Below, one piece after another: positions 8,646-19,286 of a stretch of 24,943 nucleotides of DNA. Source of the DNA: Phragmitibacter sp. (lineage in GTDB: Bacteria; Verrucomicrobiota; Verrucomicrobiia; Verrucomicrobiales; Verrucomicrobiaceae); assembly GCA_025361865.1 (NCBI GenBank), contig JANYJH010000294.1:1-24943 (forward strand). The letters are read 5' to 3'. Every line of letters starts with the position of its first letter. Within the stretch, counting starts at the first letter, position 1. The notes under the pieces were generated by a model. It had not been told where the DNA came from. It saw nothing but the letters and a program-made list of their open reading frames with translations, and searched no databases. The position numbers were made by a program, and so were the translations under genes.

Positions 8646-9470
8646 TTACAAGCTCACCCGCTGAACGCGTCCGAAGTCAGCCCGCAAGAATCGCTTGGCC
8701 AGCGTCTCGAACTGTTCCGATAAATCCGTGAGATAAAGTTCCAGCTTCGGCTTGCCCTTGGCCGTGCGCAGCAGTTCCTGCTCCGTAAGCAGACGCTTCA
8801 CATGCTCCGCACAGACCACAGCGGAATCCACGAGGCGCACCTTGTTGTTCAGAATCTTCACAAGCAAGGGCTTCAACAAAGGATAGTGCGTGCAGCCCAA
8901 AACCAGCGTGTCCATGCCGCGATCCAGCATGGGTTTGAGATATTCTTTAACGATCATCTTCGTCGCCGGATGATCTATCCAGTCCTCTTCAATGAGTGGC
9001 ACCAGCAGTGGCGTGGCTTCCGCATAAATTTGCAAATCGGGTCGCTTCATGGCTAGCGCGTGTTGATAGGCACAGCTCTTGATGGTGCCCGCCGTCCCGA
9101 TGATGCCGACTCGTTGGCAATGAGGATCAGCCAAGGTGGCTTCCACTCCTGGTTCCAATACGCCGATGATCGGCAGTCGGAACATACTCTGCAAAACGGG
9201 CATCGCATGAGCCGTGGCCGTATTGCACGCGACCACGACTGCTTTGACCCCTTTCGACAGCAGAAACTGAGTGTCTTCCACCGCGAATTTACGGATCGTT
9301 TCCGGTGACTTGGAACCATAGGGAACGCGCGCTGTATCGCCTAGATAGATGATGGATTCACCGGGCAACACGTCCATCAGGGCACGCACCACCGTCAAGC
9401 CACCGACGCCCGAGTCAAAGACACCGAGCGGCGCATTGGGATTAACTTCAATCATTCCCAGATGAAGCAT
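8646..9470 (-). CDS. murI: Glutamate racemase
   Basis: GVFDSGVGGLTV...VVACNTATA...LGCTHYPLL are hallmark MurI motifs, including both catalytic Cys regions. The track start at 9497 is TTG. In-frame ATGs lie at 9470 and 9455. It is convergent with the amidase, with only 4 nt between stops. Confidence 0.9.
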   Translation of the reverse strand: MLHLGMIEVNPNAPLGVFDSGVGGLTVVRALMDVLPGESIIYLGDTARVPYGSKSPETIRKFAVEDTQFLLSKGVKAVVVACNTATAHAMPVLQSMFRLPIIGVLEPGVEATLADPHCQRVGIIGTAGTIKSCAYQHALAMKRPDLQIYAEATPLLVPLIEEDWIDHPATKMIVKEYLKPMLDRGMDTLVLGCTHYPLLKPLLVKILNNKVRLVDSAVVCAEHVKRLLTEQELLRTAKGKPKLELYLTDLSEQFETLAKRFLRADFGRVQRVSL

Positions 9471-9854
9471 GTGATGGATACAAATTTCAAGAGGCAATGC
9501 AGCTCAACTCAATCGCAAAGCGCTAGCATCAGCCCTGCTAATCAACAGATTCTATTGACAAACTCAAGAGATGTATCATCTTCTCATTGTCAGCCGAAGT
9601 CATTCACCCTTCCTGGTGGGTGGCACGGGGGAACCGAACTCCTGGTCTCGCAAGAGAACAGGACGGGGCGCACGGAGTGGGTAACCACTCGCAGAGGTCA
9701 CTTCCAAGATCTAGCCCGTCAGCTAACCTCGTAGGACATTTGGGAGGGACGATTCTCTAAAGCTCGCAGGTCGCGGGTTTCATGATCTCCCTACAGCAAC
9801 AAGCTGCATGAGGCGGGAGACCAAATCACGCGGCGCACCAGCCAACGAGAGAAC

Positions 9855-10055
9855 ATGAAATGCCCAATCTGCCAGACTCCGATGGAGGATGGCTACTTAT
9901 GCGATAACCATTGGTGTCGTCATCAACCCGCTGAGTTGCGGGTAGAGCACGCCATCCTCAGAGCCACTTACTGGCTCAGCGGACGACGCGGCGCGCACCC
10001 CTTGCAGACGCACCGCTGCCCGAAATGCAGCCGCCTGGAGTTGACCGCTCCCTGA
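9855..10055 (+). CDS. Possible small Cys4 zinc-ribbon protein (66 aa)
   Basis: ATG start with GAGAG upstream. The protein has CPICQ near the N-terminus and CPKCS near the C-terminus, plus CDNHWC in between. An 8-bp perfect hairpin follows the stop at ~10061-10081. No homology is recognised. Confidence 0.3.
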   Translation: MKCPICQTPMEDGYLCDNHWCRHQPAELRVEHAILRATYWLSGRRGAHPLQTHRCPKCSRLELTAP

Positions 10056-10168
10056 AAACTTTCGGAAGAAACGATCTTCCGACAAACCTTTCGCGCCCAC
10101 GATGGCGTAGCTGTCATCCGACGCGATTACGACAAAAAACAGACAAAGACAAATAGACAACGAAACTT

Positions 10169-11950
10169 ATGAATACAGACATTCTTGAACTTCTCTGGCA
10201 TAGCTGGTGGATCAAAACACCGCTCATCCTATTCCTCATTTATCATCTGCTCGGATTTGTTTTCATCCGCGAGCATGAGGTCGGCATCGTCATCAAACGC
10301 TTCGCCATGAAGAACCTCGCACCCGGTCAGATTGTGGCCTTGAACGGTGAAGCCGGCTATCAAGCGGACACCCTTGCACCAGGTTTACACCTGTTCTACT
10401 GGCGCTGGCAGTATCGCATCCTATCCAGTGGGCTTATCTATGTGCCACAGGGAGAAATTGCCCTTATCGTCGCCAATGCTGGCGCGTCCATTCCTCCAGG
10501 CCGAATTCTCGGTAGCTTCGTGGACTGTAACCACTTCCAGGATGCCCGCGCATTCCTCACGCAAGGCGGCGAGAAGGGGCGTCAGCTCGGTATTCTTACA
10601 GCTGGGACTTACCGGATCAACACCGCGCTCTTCAGCGTGATCAATACGAACAGCGCCAGCGAGCACGGCCTGAACCCTGCGATGTTACGTCTCTACAAAG
10701 TGGAGCCTGATCGCGTCGGTATCGTCACCACATTGGATGGCGCTCCTATTAGTGAAGGTGAAATCGCAGGTGCTATCGTGACGGGTCATGACAACTTCCA
10801 GAACGCCCAGGCTTTCCTTGATGGCGGCGGTAATCGTGGTCTGCAGGAGCAGATTCTTCTGAGCGGTCAGTGGAATATGAACCCCTGGTTTGCGCAGGTG
10901 GAGCAGGTGCCAATGGTGGAAATCCCCATCGGTCACGTCGGCGTCGTCATCAGCTATGTGGGCAAGATCCACGAGGACGTCAGCGGCGTCGATTTCAAGC
11001 ACGGTGATCTCGTCCTGCCCGGTCACAAGGGCGTCTGGGTCTCTCCGTTGTTCCCCGGCAAGCACCCGCTCAATGTGCGCATCATGCGTGTCGAAATCGT
11101 GCCCACCACGAACATTGTTCTGAACTGGGCCATGCGCACCGAAGCTCATAACTATGACTCGAAGTTGAACTCCATCACGGTCCGTTCAAAGGACGGCTTC
11201 GCGTTCAATCTCGACGTGTCACAGATCATCCACATCAGCACGGAGAAGGCTCCAAAGGTCATCAGTCGCGCGGGTTCCTTGCAGAATCTCATCGACCATG
11301 TGCTCCAGCCTTTGGTCGGTAATTACTTCCGTAACAGTGCCCAAGGTTACAGCGTGCTCGACTTCCTCAGCGCCCGAACACAGCGTCAGACAGAGGCCAC
11401 CCAGCACATCCGTGCCGCGCTCAAAGAGTATGATGTGGAAGCCATTGACACCTTGATCGGCGACATCACGCCACCCGAAGCATTGATGAAAACTCAGACG
11501 GATCGCAAGATCGCCGAGGAACAACAGAAGACCTACGAGATGCAGGAAAGCGCGGAGAAGCAACGCCAACAACTCGTGCGTCAGACCAGCCTTGCGGACA
11601 TTCAGCATGAAGTCGTCGGAGCAGAGCAAGGCGTGCAGATCGCCGAGCTTCATGCCCGTGCCAGCGTGCGCTCCAGTGAAGGTGAAGCGGAGTCCATTCG
11701 CCTCAAAGCCAGCGGTGAATCCGATGCTATCCGTGCGATGGGTAACGCAAAAGCGGAAGCCTATCAGGCCGGTGTGCAGTCCCTCGGCCAGGAAAGCTAC
11801 GCCTTGCTGCAACTCATGCAGATCATCGGCGAGCGCAACGTCCGCGTGGTTCCTGATGTCAGCGTCAGCGGAGCCCAAGGCAGCAATGGTCTTCTGGATG
11901 CCTTGCTGGGCTTGAAGCTCAAGAAGGATGTCGTCGAACTCAAAGCCTGA
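10169..11950 (+). CDS. Flotillin-like SPFH/band-7 membrane protein (YqiK/FloA-like)
   Basis: N-terminal TM (IKTPLILFLIYHLLGFVFI), then an SPFH domain. The C-terminal half has flotillin-type Ala/Glu-rich coiled-coil repeats (AEEQQKTYEMQESAEKQRQQL...EAESIRLKASGESDAIRAMGNAKAEAYQAG). Confidence 0.9.
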   Translation: MNTDILELLWHSWWIKTPLILFLIYHLLGFVFIREHEVGIVIKRFAMKNLAPGQIVALNGEAGYQADTLAPGLHLFYWRWQYRILSSGLIYVPQGEIALIVANAGASIPPGRILGSFVDCNHFQDARAFLTQGGEKGRQLGILTAGTYRINTALFSVINTNSASEHGLNPAMLRLYKVEPDRVGIVTTLDGAPISEGEIAGAIVTGHDNFQNAQAFLDGGGNRGLQEQILLSGQWNMNPWFAQVEQVPMVEIPIGHVGVVISYVGKIHEDVSGVDFKHGDLVLPGHKGVWVSPLFPGKHPLNVRIMRVEIVPTTNIVLNWAMRTEAHNYDSKLNSITVRSKDGFAFNLDVSQIIHISTEKAPKVISRAGSLQNLIDHVLQPLVGNYFRNSAQGYSVLDFLSARTQRQTEATQHIRAALKEYDVEAIDTLIGDITPPEALMKTQTDRKIAEEQQKTYEMQESAEKQRQQLVRQTSLADIQHEVVGAEQGVQIAELHARASVRSSEGEAESIRLKASGESDAIRAMGNAKAEAYQAGVQSLGQESYALLQLMQIIGERNVRVVPDVSVSGAQGSNGLLDALLGLKLKKDVVELKA

Positions 11951-12020
11951 TCCAGATTAAATAGCTGAAACCAGAGGGCATTGTGTTTGTATAAGACCCA
12001 GTGCCCTCAATCATTTTCCT

Positions 12021-12491
12021 ATGAACATCCTCGTTACCCTCTTCGCCGGAACCTTCATGCTTATCGGGTTTTGCATCGCCTTCTTCGGTTTCAAAGACGT
12101 GCAGAAGGCTCAGGCGAGTAGCCGTTGGCCTCTCGTTTCCGGGGTCGTTTCGCATTCTCAGATCAAGGTCACCCAAGCATCGAGAGGCGGCTCGTCGTAT
12201 CGCCCAGACATTTCCTACACCTATGTCTTCGATGGCCAGAGCTTCACGGGGAACGTCATCTCCATCGGTGGTTCCGGCATGTCTTCTGGAGATCGCACCT
12301 ACGCTGACAATTGCCTTATGAAGTATCCTTTGAACTCACCTGTGCAAGTGTCCGTGAACCTCGACAAGCCCACAGAATCAGCCTTGGAGCCTGGGCTCAC
12401 AAAACGAGCCTTCCTCAGCGTCGCCTTCGGAGCCATCTTCTTCGGCGCAGGCTTTTCCATTTGGCTGCTCTGCTGGCTCTCGTCTCCATAG
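12021..12491 (+). CDS. DUF3592-family membrane protein
   Basis: Signature layout: TM helix; W-P-x-x-x-G-x-V; Y-R-P-x-I-x-Y-x-Y-x-x-x-G-x-x-F-x-G; Y-P-x-x-S-P-V-x-V; then a C-terminal TM helix. It is downstream of, and co-oriented with, the flotillin gene. Confidence 0.78.
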   Translation: MNILVTLFAGTFMLIGFCIAFFGFKDVQKAQASSRWPLVSGVVSHSQIKVTQASRGGSSYRPDISYTYVFDGQSFTGNVISIGGSGMSSGDRTYADNCLMKYPLNSPVQVSVNLDKPTESALEPGLTKRAFLSVAFGAIFFGAGFSIWLLCWLSSP

Positions 12492-12511
12492 CGAGTATTG
12501 GTCTGACTGAT

Positions 12512-12536
12512 GCGGCCTCAAGGCCGCGCTCCTTTT
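12512..12536. terminator. Putative bidirectional intrinsic terminator between convergent DUF3592 gene and folD
   Basis: Perfect hairpin GCGGCC-tcaa-GGCCGC followed by a TTTT run. It occupies the ~45-nt gap between the two convergent stops. Confidence 0.45.
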
Positions 12537-13407
12537 AGAGCTGCTTGCACGCCTTGATCGTATTCGCCATCAGCATGGCGATGGTCATCGGGCCGACGCC
12601 GCCGGGAACGGGGGTGATGGCTTTGCATTTCGGGGCGACTTCATCAAAGGCGACATCGCCGACGATCTTGTAGCCTTTCTCGGTCGTCGGATCGTCCACG
12701 CGATTGATACCGACATCAATGACGACGGCTCCTTCACGCACCATGTCTGCTTTGAGAAAATGAGGGCGGCCAATGGCGGCGATGATGATGTCGGCATGGC
12801 GCGTCACTTCGGCGAGGTTCTTCGTGCGTGAATGCGCGACGGTGACGGTGGCGTCTCCGCCTTGGCCCTTGGCCATGAGGAGCAGGGCCATCGGTTTGCC
12901 GACGATCATGCTGCGACCAAGCACGACGACGTTCGCACCGCTGGTTTCCACGCCTGCATCCATGAGGAGGCGCTGACAACCCGCTGGTGTGCAGGGAACG
13001 AAGCCGCTTCGGTCTTCGAGAGCGAGCTTGGCGACGTTCACCGGATGGAAGCCGTCCACGTCTTTGCGGGGATCAATGGCCAGCACGATGGCCGCTTCAT
13101 CAATGTGCTTCGGCGGTGGGCTTTGCACGAGGATGCCGTGGATGGTGGAGTCCGCATTCAGCTTAGCGATGACCGCCAGCAGATCGGCTTGCGTGGTGTC
13201 GGCTGGCAGCTCCAGTTTGACGGAGTGCAGGCCGAGGTCATGGCATTTCTTATCCTTGCTGCGGACATAAGCGCGGGAGGCTGGATCATCGCCGATCAGG
13301 ACAACGGCGAGCCCTGGTTTCTTCCCGAGAGTGGAGAGTTCTGCGATGTCTCGTTTGCATTCGGCCAAGACTTTTTCAGCGACTTCGTTTCCTTTGATCA
13401 AGATCAT
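12535..13407 (-). CDS. folD: Bifunctional methylenetetrahydrofolate dehydrogenase/cyclohydrolase
   Basis: Full-length FolD-like protein with [48 protein letters not shown] and [10 protein letters not shown] motifs. Confidence 0.95.
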   Translation of the reverse strand: MILIKGNEVAEKVLAECKRDIAELSTLGKKPGLAVVLIGDDPASRAYVRSKDKKCHDLGLHSVKLELPADTTQADLLAVIAKLNADSTIHGILVQSPPPKHIDEAAIVLAIDPRKDVDGFHPVNVAKLALEDRSGFVPCTPAGCQRLLMDAGVETSGANVVVLGRSMIVGKPMALLLMAKGQGGDATVTVAHSRTKNLAEVTRHADIIIAAIGRPHFLKADMVREGAVVIDVGINRVDDPTTEKGYKIVGDVAFDEVAPKCKAITPVPGGVGPMTIAMLMANTIKACKQL

Positions 13408-13490
13408 GAATCAGGAAGCATGAGGCACGCGGGAAAGCAAGGAATGAGATTAAGGGGAGCTGCTCCAAGCCTTCTCACACGCGGCTTTGA

Positions 13491-14135
13491 CTACGGTTGG
13501 GTAGAAGGCTCTCGAGTGCCCGCGAACAGGATTTGCTCAATGGTGACACGCTGTTGCTCGCACTCATCTTCGGTCATGCGGCGCGGCACCTGGATGGGAA
13601 GGGCGAACTCGATCTCCACGCCTGAGAAGGGCAGGGGAAGCTGAAAGCCGTCCCAGGTCTTGAACCGGATGGCGCGGTCATAGCGCACATGGACGGGAAG
13701 GATCTTGGCCCCGGTGAGTTGAGCCAGTTTGATGACGCCCATGTTCAACTGATAGCGCGGTCCGCGTGGTCCATCAGGCGTGATGCCGATGTCGTGCCCG
13801 GTTTTGATCATCTGCGCCATTTCGATCATGGCCTGAGCGCCGCGCCTTGAACTGGAGCCGCGCACAGGTCGCAAACCGAACTCGGAGCAGGCTTCGGCAA
13901 TGATTTGTCCATCGCCACTTGGACTGGTGAGGAAGGCTCCGTGCTGGCCGGGAAAAAGGTTCTGCCGAAACCACGGGATGAGGAACATGCGGTTATGCCA
14001 GAAGATCCAGATATGGCGCGCATCACTGGGATAGAACATGCCTTCCTCATTCACCACGCGGTAACGTAAGGTCTCCGCGAGGGTTCGGATGAGCCAGGCG
14101 ACGATGCGGCCCGGTTGTTTAAGGCGGATTTTCAT
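13491..14135 (-). CDS. DUF374 / lysophospholipid-acyltransferase-family protein
   Basis: ~214 aa with IWHNRMFL...SPSGDGQIIAEA...RGSSSRRGAQAM...ITPDGPRGPRY...GVIKLAQLTGAKILPV, the conserved DUF374 pattern. It sits immediately downstream of xylB (2-nt gap). Confidence 0.72.
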   Translation of the reverse strand: MKIRLKQPGRIVAWLIRTLAETLRYRVVNEEGMFYPSDARHIWIFWHNRMFLIPWFRQNLFPGQHGAFLTSPSGDGQIIAEACSEFGLRPVRGSSSRRGAQAMIEMAQMIKTGHDIGITPDGPRGPRYQLNMGVIKLAQLTGAKILPVHVRYDRAIRFKTWDGFQLPLPFSGVEIEFALPIQVPRRMTEDECEQQRVTIEQILFAGTREPSTQP

Positions 14136-14137
14136 GC

Positions 14138-15637
14138 CTAGAGATGCCCGACCTCATGGAGTCTGCGGGTGAGTCCCGTGAACAATTCCATCTTCTCAGC
14201 GTAGAGGGCGACGCTCGCAGCATTTGGTTTGCAGCGGGTGCTTTCATCCAAAGTGACGAGTCGCGTGGTCAGCTCTTCGATGTGATTTGCCTGACCCGTG
14301 AGCTTCAGCAAAGCAAACGCGGCCTGCACCGCAGAGCCCAGCGCCGCGCCTTCAGCGGTCGCCAGCGTGACGACTTCCGCATTGAAGACATCCGCCGCAA
14401 TCTGTCGCCATGCGGGGCTTTGCGAACCGCCGCCGGTGAGACGGATTTCAGTGGGGTTCATTCCGAGTTCACGGAAGCGTTTCAAGCCGTAAGCCAGACC
14501 AAGAGTTGCGCCTTCCACGGCGGCGCGGGCCATATTCTGCGGCGTCATGTTCGTGGGGCGGAGTCCGTGAAGAACGCCGCTTCCATTCGGAAGATTCGGA
14601 GTGCGCTCGCCATTGAGGTAAGGCAGAAAGGTCAGGCCCTCAGCACCGGCGGGAGCTGAAGAAACAGAGGCTTCAAGCTGGGGAAGGCTCCAGCCGAACA
14701 TCTCCCGAACCTGTTCCGTGACCACGGTGACGTTCATGGTGCAGACGAGTGGGAGCCATTGATCCGAGCTGTCACAGAAGGCGGCGACCTCGCCTTGGCC
14801 ATCGACGACGGGCTCAGCGGCGACTCCGTAGAGCGTGCCGCTGGTGCCGAAGCTCGCCGTGATGACGCCGGGCTTCACATTGCCCGTGCCGATCGCGCCC
14901 ATCATGTTATCGCCACCGCCAGCACTTATGATGACGCCTTCATTGAGACCCCATCGCTTAGCCAACTCAGGGCGCAAGGTGCCCTGCACCGCAGTGGATG
15001 AGCCGACGGGCGGGAGCATCGCACGCACTCGTGCATCTACGAAGTCACAGATTTCAGTGCACCATTCACGGGTGCGGACATTCAGGATGCCCATGCCGCT
15101 GGCATCACCGTATTCCATGCGCTTCACGCCGCTGAGATGGAAGTTGATGTAGTCATGAGGCAGCAGGATGGAGGTAACTTTGGCAAAGTTGTCAGGCTCG
15201 TTTTGTTTGATCCAGAGAAGCTTTGGGATCGTGTATCCAGGAAGAATGGCGTTGCCCGCGAGATGAATGCAACCCGCCTGACCGCCGAATTCATGGGCGA
15301 TCTGGTCGCATTGAGCGGAAGTGGAAGTGTCGCACCAGAGCTTCGCGGGACGCACGACTTGATCCTTCGAGTCGAGCACGACAAGGCCATGCTGCTGACC
15401 GCTGACGCCGATGCCCGCGATCTTCGTTTTGTCGGCCCCGAGCTTCTCCAGACACTCGGCGATGCAGCCGTCCACAGCGTCTAGCCAGTCCTGCGGATGC
15501 TGCTCCAGATGACCGGCAGGCAGGCCTTCGATCAGTTCATATTTGCGGTGAGCGCTGGCGAGAATCTTACCGCTTTCAAAGTCGAGCACGATGGCCTTGG
15601 TGCTCTGGGTGCCGCTGTCGATGCCGAGGAAATACAT
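14138..15637 (-). CDS. xylB: Xylulokinase (FGGY carbohydrate kinase family)
   Basis: FLGIDSGTQSTKAIVLD N-terminal FGGY motif, GVSGQQHG, and a PHDYINFHLSG xylulokinase-type motif. The track start at 15649 is TTG; the first ATG is 4 codons in (15637). Confidence 0.88.
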   Translation of the reverse strand: MYFLGIDSGTQSTKAIVLDFESGKILASAHRKYELIEGLPAGHLEQHPQDWLDAVDGCIAECLEKLGADKTKIAGIGVSGQQHGLVVLDSKDQVVRPAKLWCDTSTSAQCDQIAHEFGGQAGCIHLAGNAILPGYTIPKLLWIKQNEPDNFAKVTSILLPHDYINFHLSGVKRMEYGDASGMGILNVRTREWCTEICDFVDARVRAMLPPVGSSTAVQGTLRPELAKRWGLNEGVIISAGGGDNMMGAIGTGNVKPGVITASFGTSGTLYGVAAEPVVDGQGEVAAFCDSSDQWLPLVCTMNVTVVTEQVREMFGWSLPQLEASVSSAPAGAEGLTFLPYLNGERTPNLPNGSGVLHGLRPTNMTPQNMARAAVEGATLGLAYGLKRFRELGMNPTEIRLTGGGSQSPAWRQIAADVFNAEVVTLATAEGAALGSAVQAAFALLKLTGQANHIEELTTRLVTLDESTRCKPNAASVALYAEKMELFTGLTRRLHEVGHL

Positions 15638-15751
15638 GGAGTGATGCAAAAGGGTTGGATGAGAGTGAACTGAAGGAACAGCATAGGTTTGGGACGGCGC
15701 TGGTCAAATCCCTTGTCTCTTCCCTGCTTTGTGGCTTGGTGATTGAAATCT

Positions 15752-16132
15752 ATGGTTACCAAACTCCTTCACACCCGCTATCGCGTCACCGATCTGGAAA
15801 AGACGGTTTCTTTTTACAAAGAGGTCCTTGGACTGGAGGAAGTGCGGCGGCATAAATCCCCACGCGGCTCTGAGCTGGCTTTCCTGAAGACACCGGGCAG
15901 TGAAGAGTTGATTGAAATCTGTTCCTTTCCTGCCAGTGGCCCCGTGAATATCACCGGGCAAGATGTCACCCATCTCGCCTTTGAAGTGCCTGATCTCACG
16001 GCCTTCGCCGCGCACTCCACGGCTCTGGGCTATCCTCTCACCGATGGCCCCACGGAAAGCTCCAGCGGCCTTTTTGCGTTTATTGATGCGCCGGAAGGAT
16101 ACGAGATTGAATTGATCCAGTATCGCCGATAG
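15752..16132 (+). CDS. Glyoxalase I / VOC-family protein
   Basis: KLLHTRYRVTDLEKTVSFYKEVLG...THLAFEV...GYEIELIQ is a typical glyoxalase/bleomycin-resistance fold. The track start at 15743 is TTG; the ATG is at 15752. Confidence 0.85.
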   Translation: MVTKLLHTRYRVTDLEKTVSFYKEVLGLEEVRRHKSPRGSELAFLKTPGSEELIEICSFPASGPVNITGQDVTHLAFEVPDLTAFAAHSTALGYPLTDGPTESSSGLFAFIDAPEGYEIELIQYRR

Positions 16133-16166
16133 GATAACCGTAAATCGCCCGATAATTACGACCCAC

Positions 16167-16448
16167 ATGGACTTTGACTGGATAGACGTTCCTTTTGACC
16201 TCGCCTCGTTGCCGCCGAAGGACATCGAGGAGACCTTTGAGGACCCGTTTGCCCTCAAGTTCCTGCCGGATGGCGAGAACTCAGACCCTCGGTCATCACG
16301 CTATTTTTCCCTTGGCAAACCGCTTTCCGGGAAAGGCATCTTCAGCGTCTTCTGGACGGATGGAAAGCGTTACCGCATCATCTTCGCACGGCACATGACC
16401 CCGGAGGAAGAGCACTTCTACGAGCGTAAAAAGTCTGAAGATCTCTGA
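16167..16448 (+). CDS. brnT: BrnT-family type II toxin (DUF497 ribonuclease toxin)
   Basis: MDFDWIDVPFDLAS...FEDPFA...YRIIFARHMTPEEEHFYER matches the BrnT consensus: F-E-W-D start and an I-R-I-I-S-A-R-x-A-x-x-x-E motif near the C-terminus. Confidence 0.8.
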   Translation: MDFDWIDVPFDLASLPPKDIEETFEDPFALKFLPDGENSDPRSSRYFSLGKPLSGKGIFSVFWTDGKRYRIIFARHMTPEEEHFYERKKSEDL

Positions 16449-16467
16449 GGTCATTCCACCCATCATC

Positions 16468-16737
16468 ATGAACGCCATCCGCCACTGGTCAGAACTTCCC
16501 CGCTTCGAGAACGAAGATGATGAGGCGCGCTTTTGGTCAGAGCACCAGCTCGATGGCCGCCTTATGCAAAGCTCCATGCATCGTCCAGATGTGCGTGAGT
16601 CAACGACCATCACGCTGCGCTTCGACCCGCGCATGTTGAGCCGCATCAAGCGCATCGCCCGTCGCCGCTACCTGAACTATCAGAGCATGATCAAGCAGTG
16701 GCTCAGCGAGCGGATGGAGAATGAGATGAAGGACTGA
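16468..16737 (+). CDS. brnA: BrnA-family antitoxin (ribbon-helix-helix/CopG-like)
   Basis: Located 19 nt downstream of brnT. DDEARFWSEHQLD...TITLRFDPRMLSRIKRIARRRYLNYQSMIKQWLSE matches the BrnA antitoxin pattern. Confidence 0.75.
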   Translation: MNAIRHWSELPRFENEDDEARFWSEHQLDGRLMQSSMHRPDVRESTTITLRFDPRMLSRIKRIARRRYLNYQSMIKQWLSERMENEMKD

Positions 16738-16782
16738 GCACTTGATGCAAAGTTTCCTGTGACTCTTCTAAAATCTTGTTAA

Positions 16783-19280
<2,498 letters not shown>

Positions 19281-19286
19281 AAGGGA

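Noticed and set aside
9613-9642. tRNA/tmRNA-like 3' end on the minus strand (revcomp ...GGAGTTCGGTTCCCCCGTGCCACCCACCA)
   Set aside because: It ends in CCACCA with a GGTTC-like element. However no T-stem complementary to the loop and no matching 5' acceptor strand could be built. The T-loop would have G at the near-invariant A58 position. Not called as tRNA or tmRNA.
9462-9734. 90-aa plus-strand ORF overlapping the murI start
   Set aside because: Low-complexity S/Q/T-rich translation, overlaps the murI N-terminus and the hairpin region, and has no start context. Judged non-coding.
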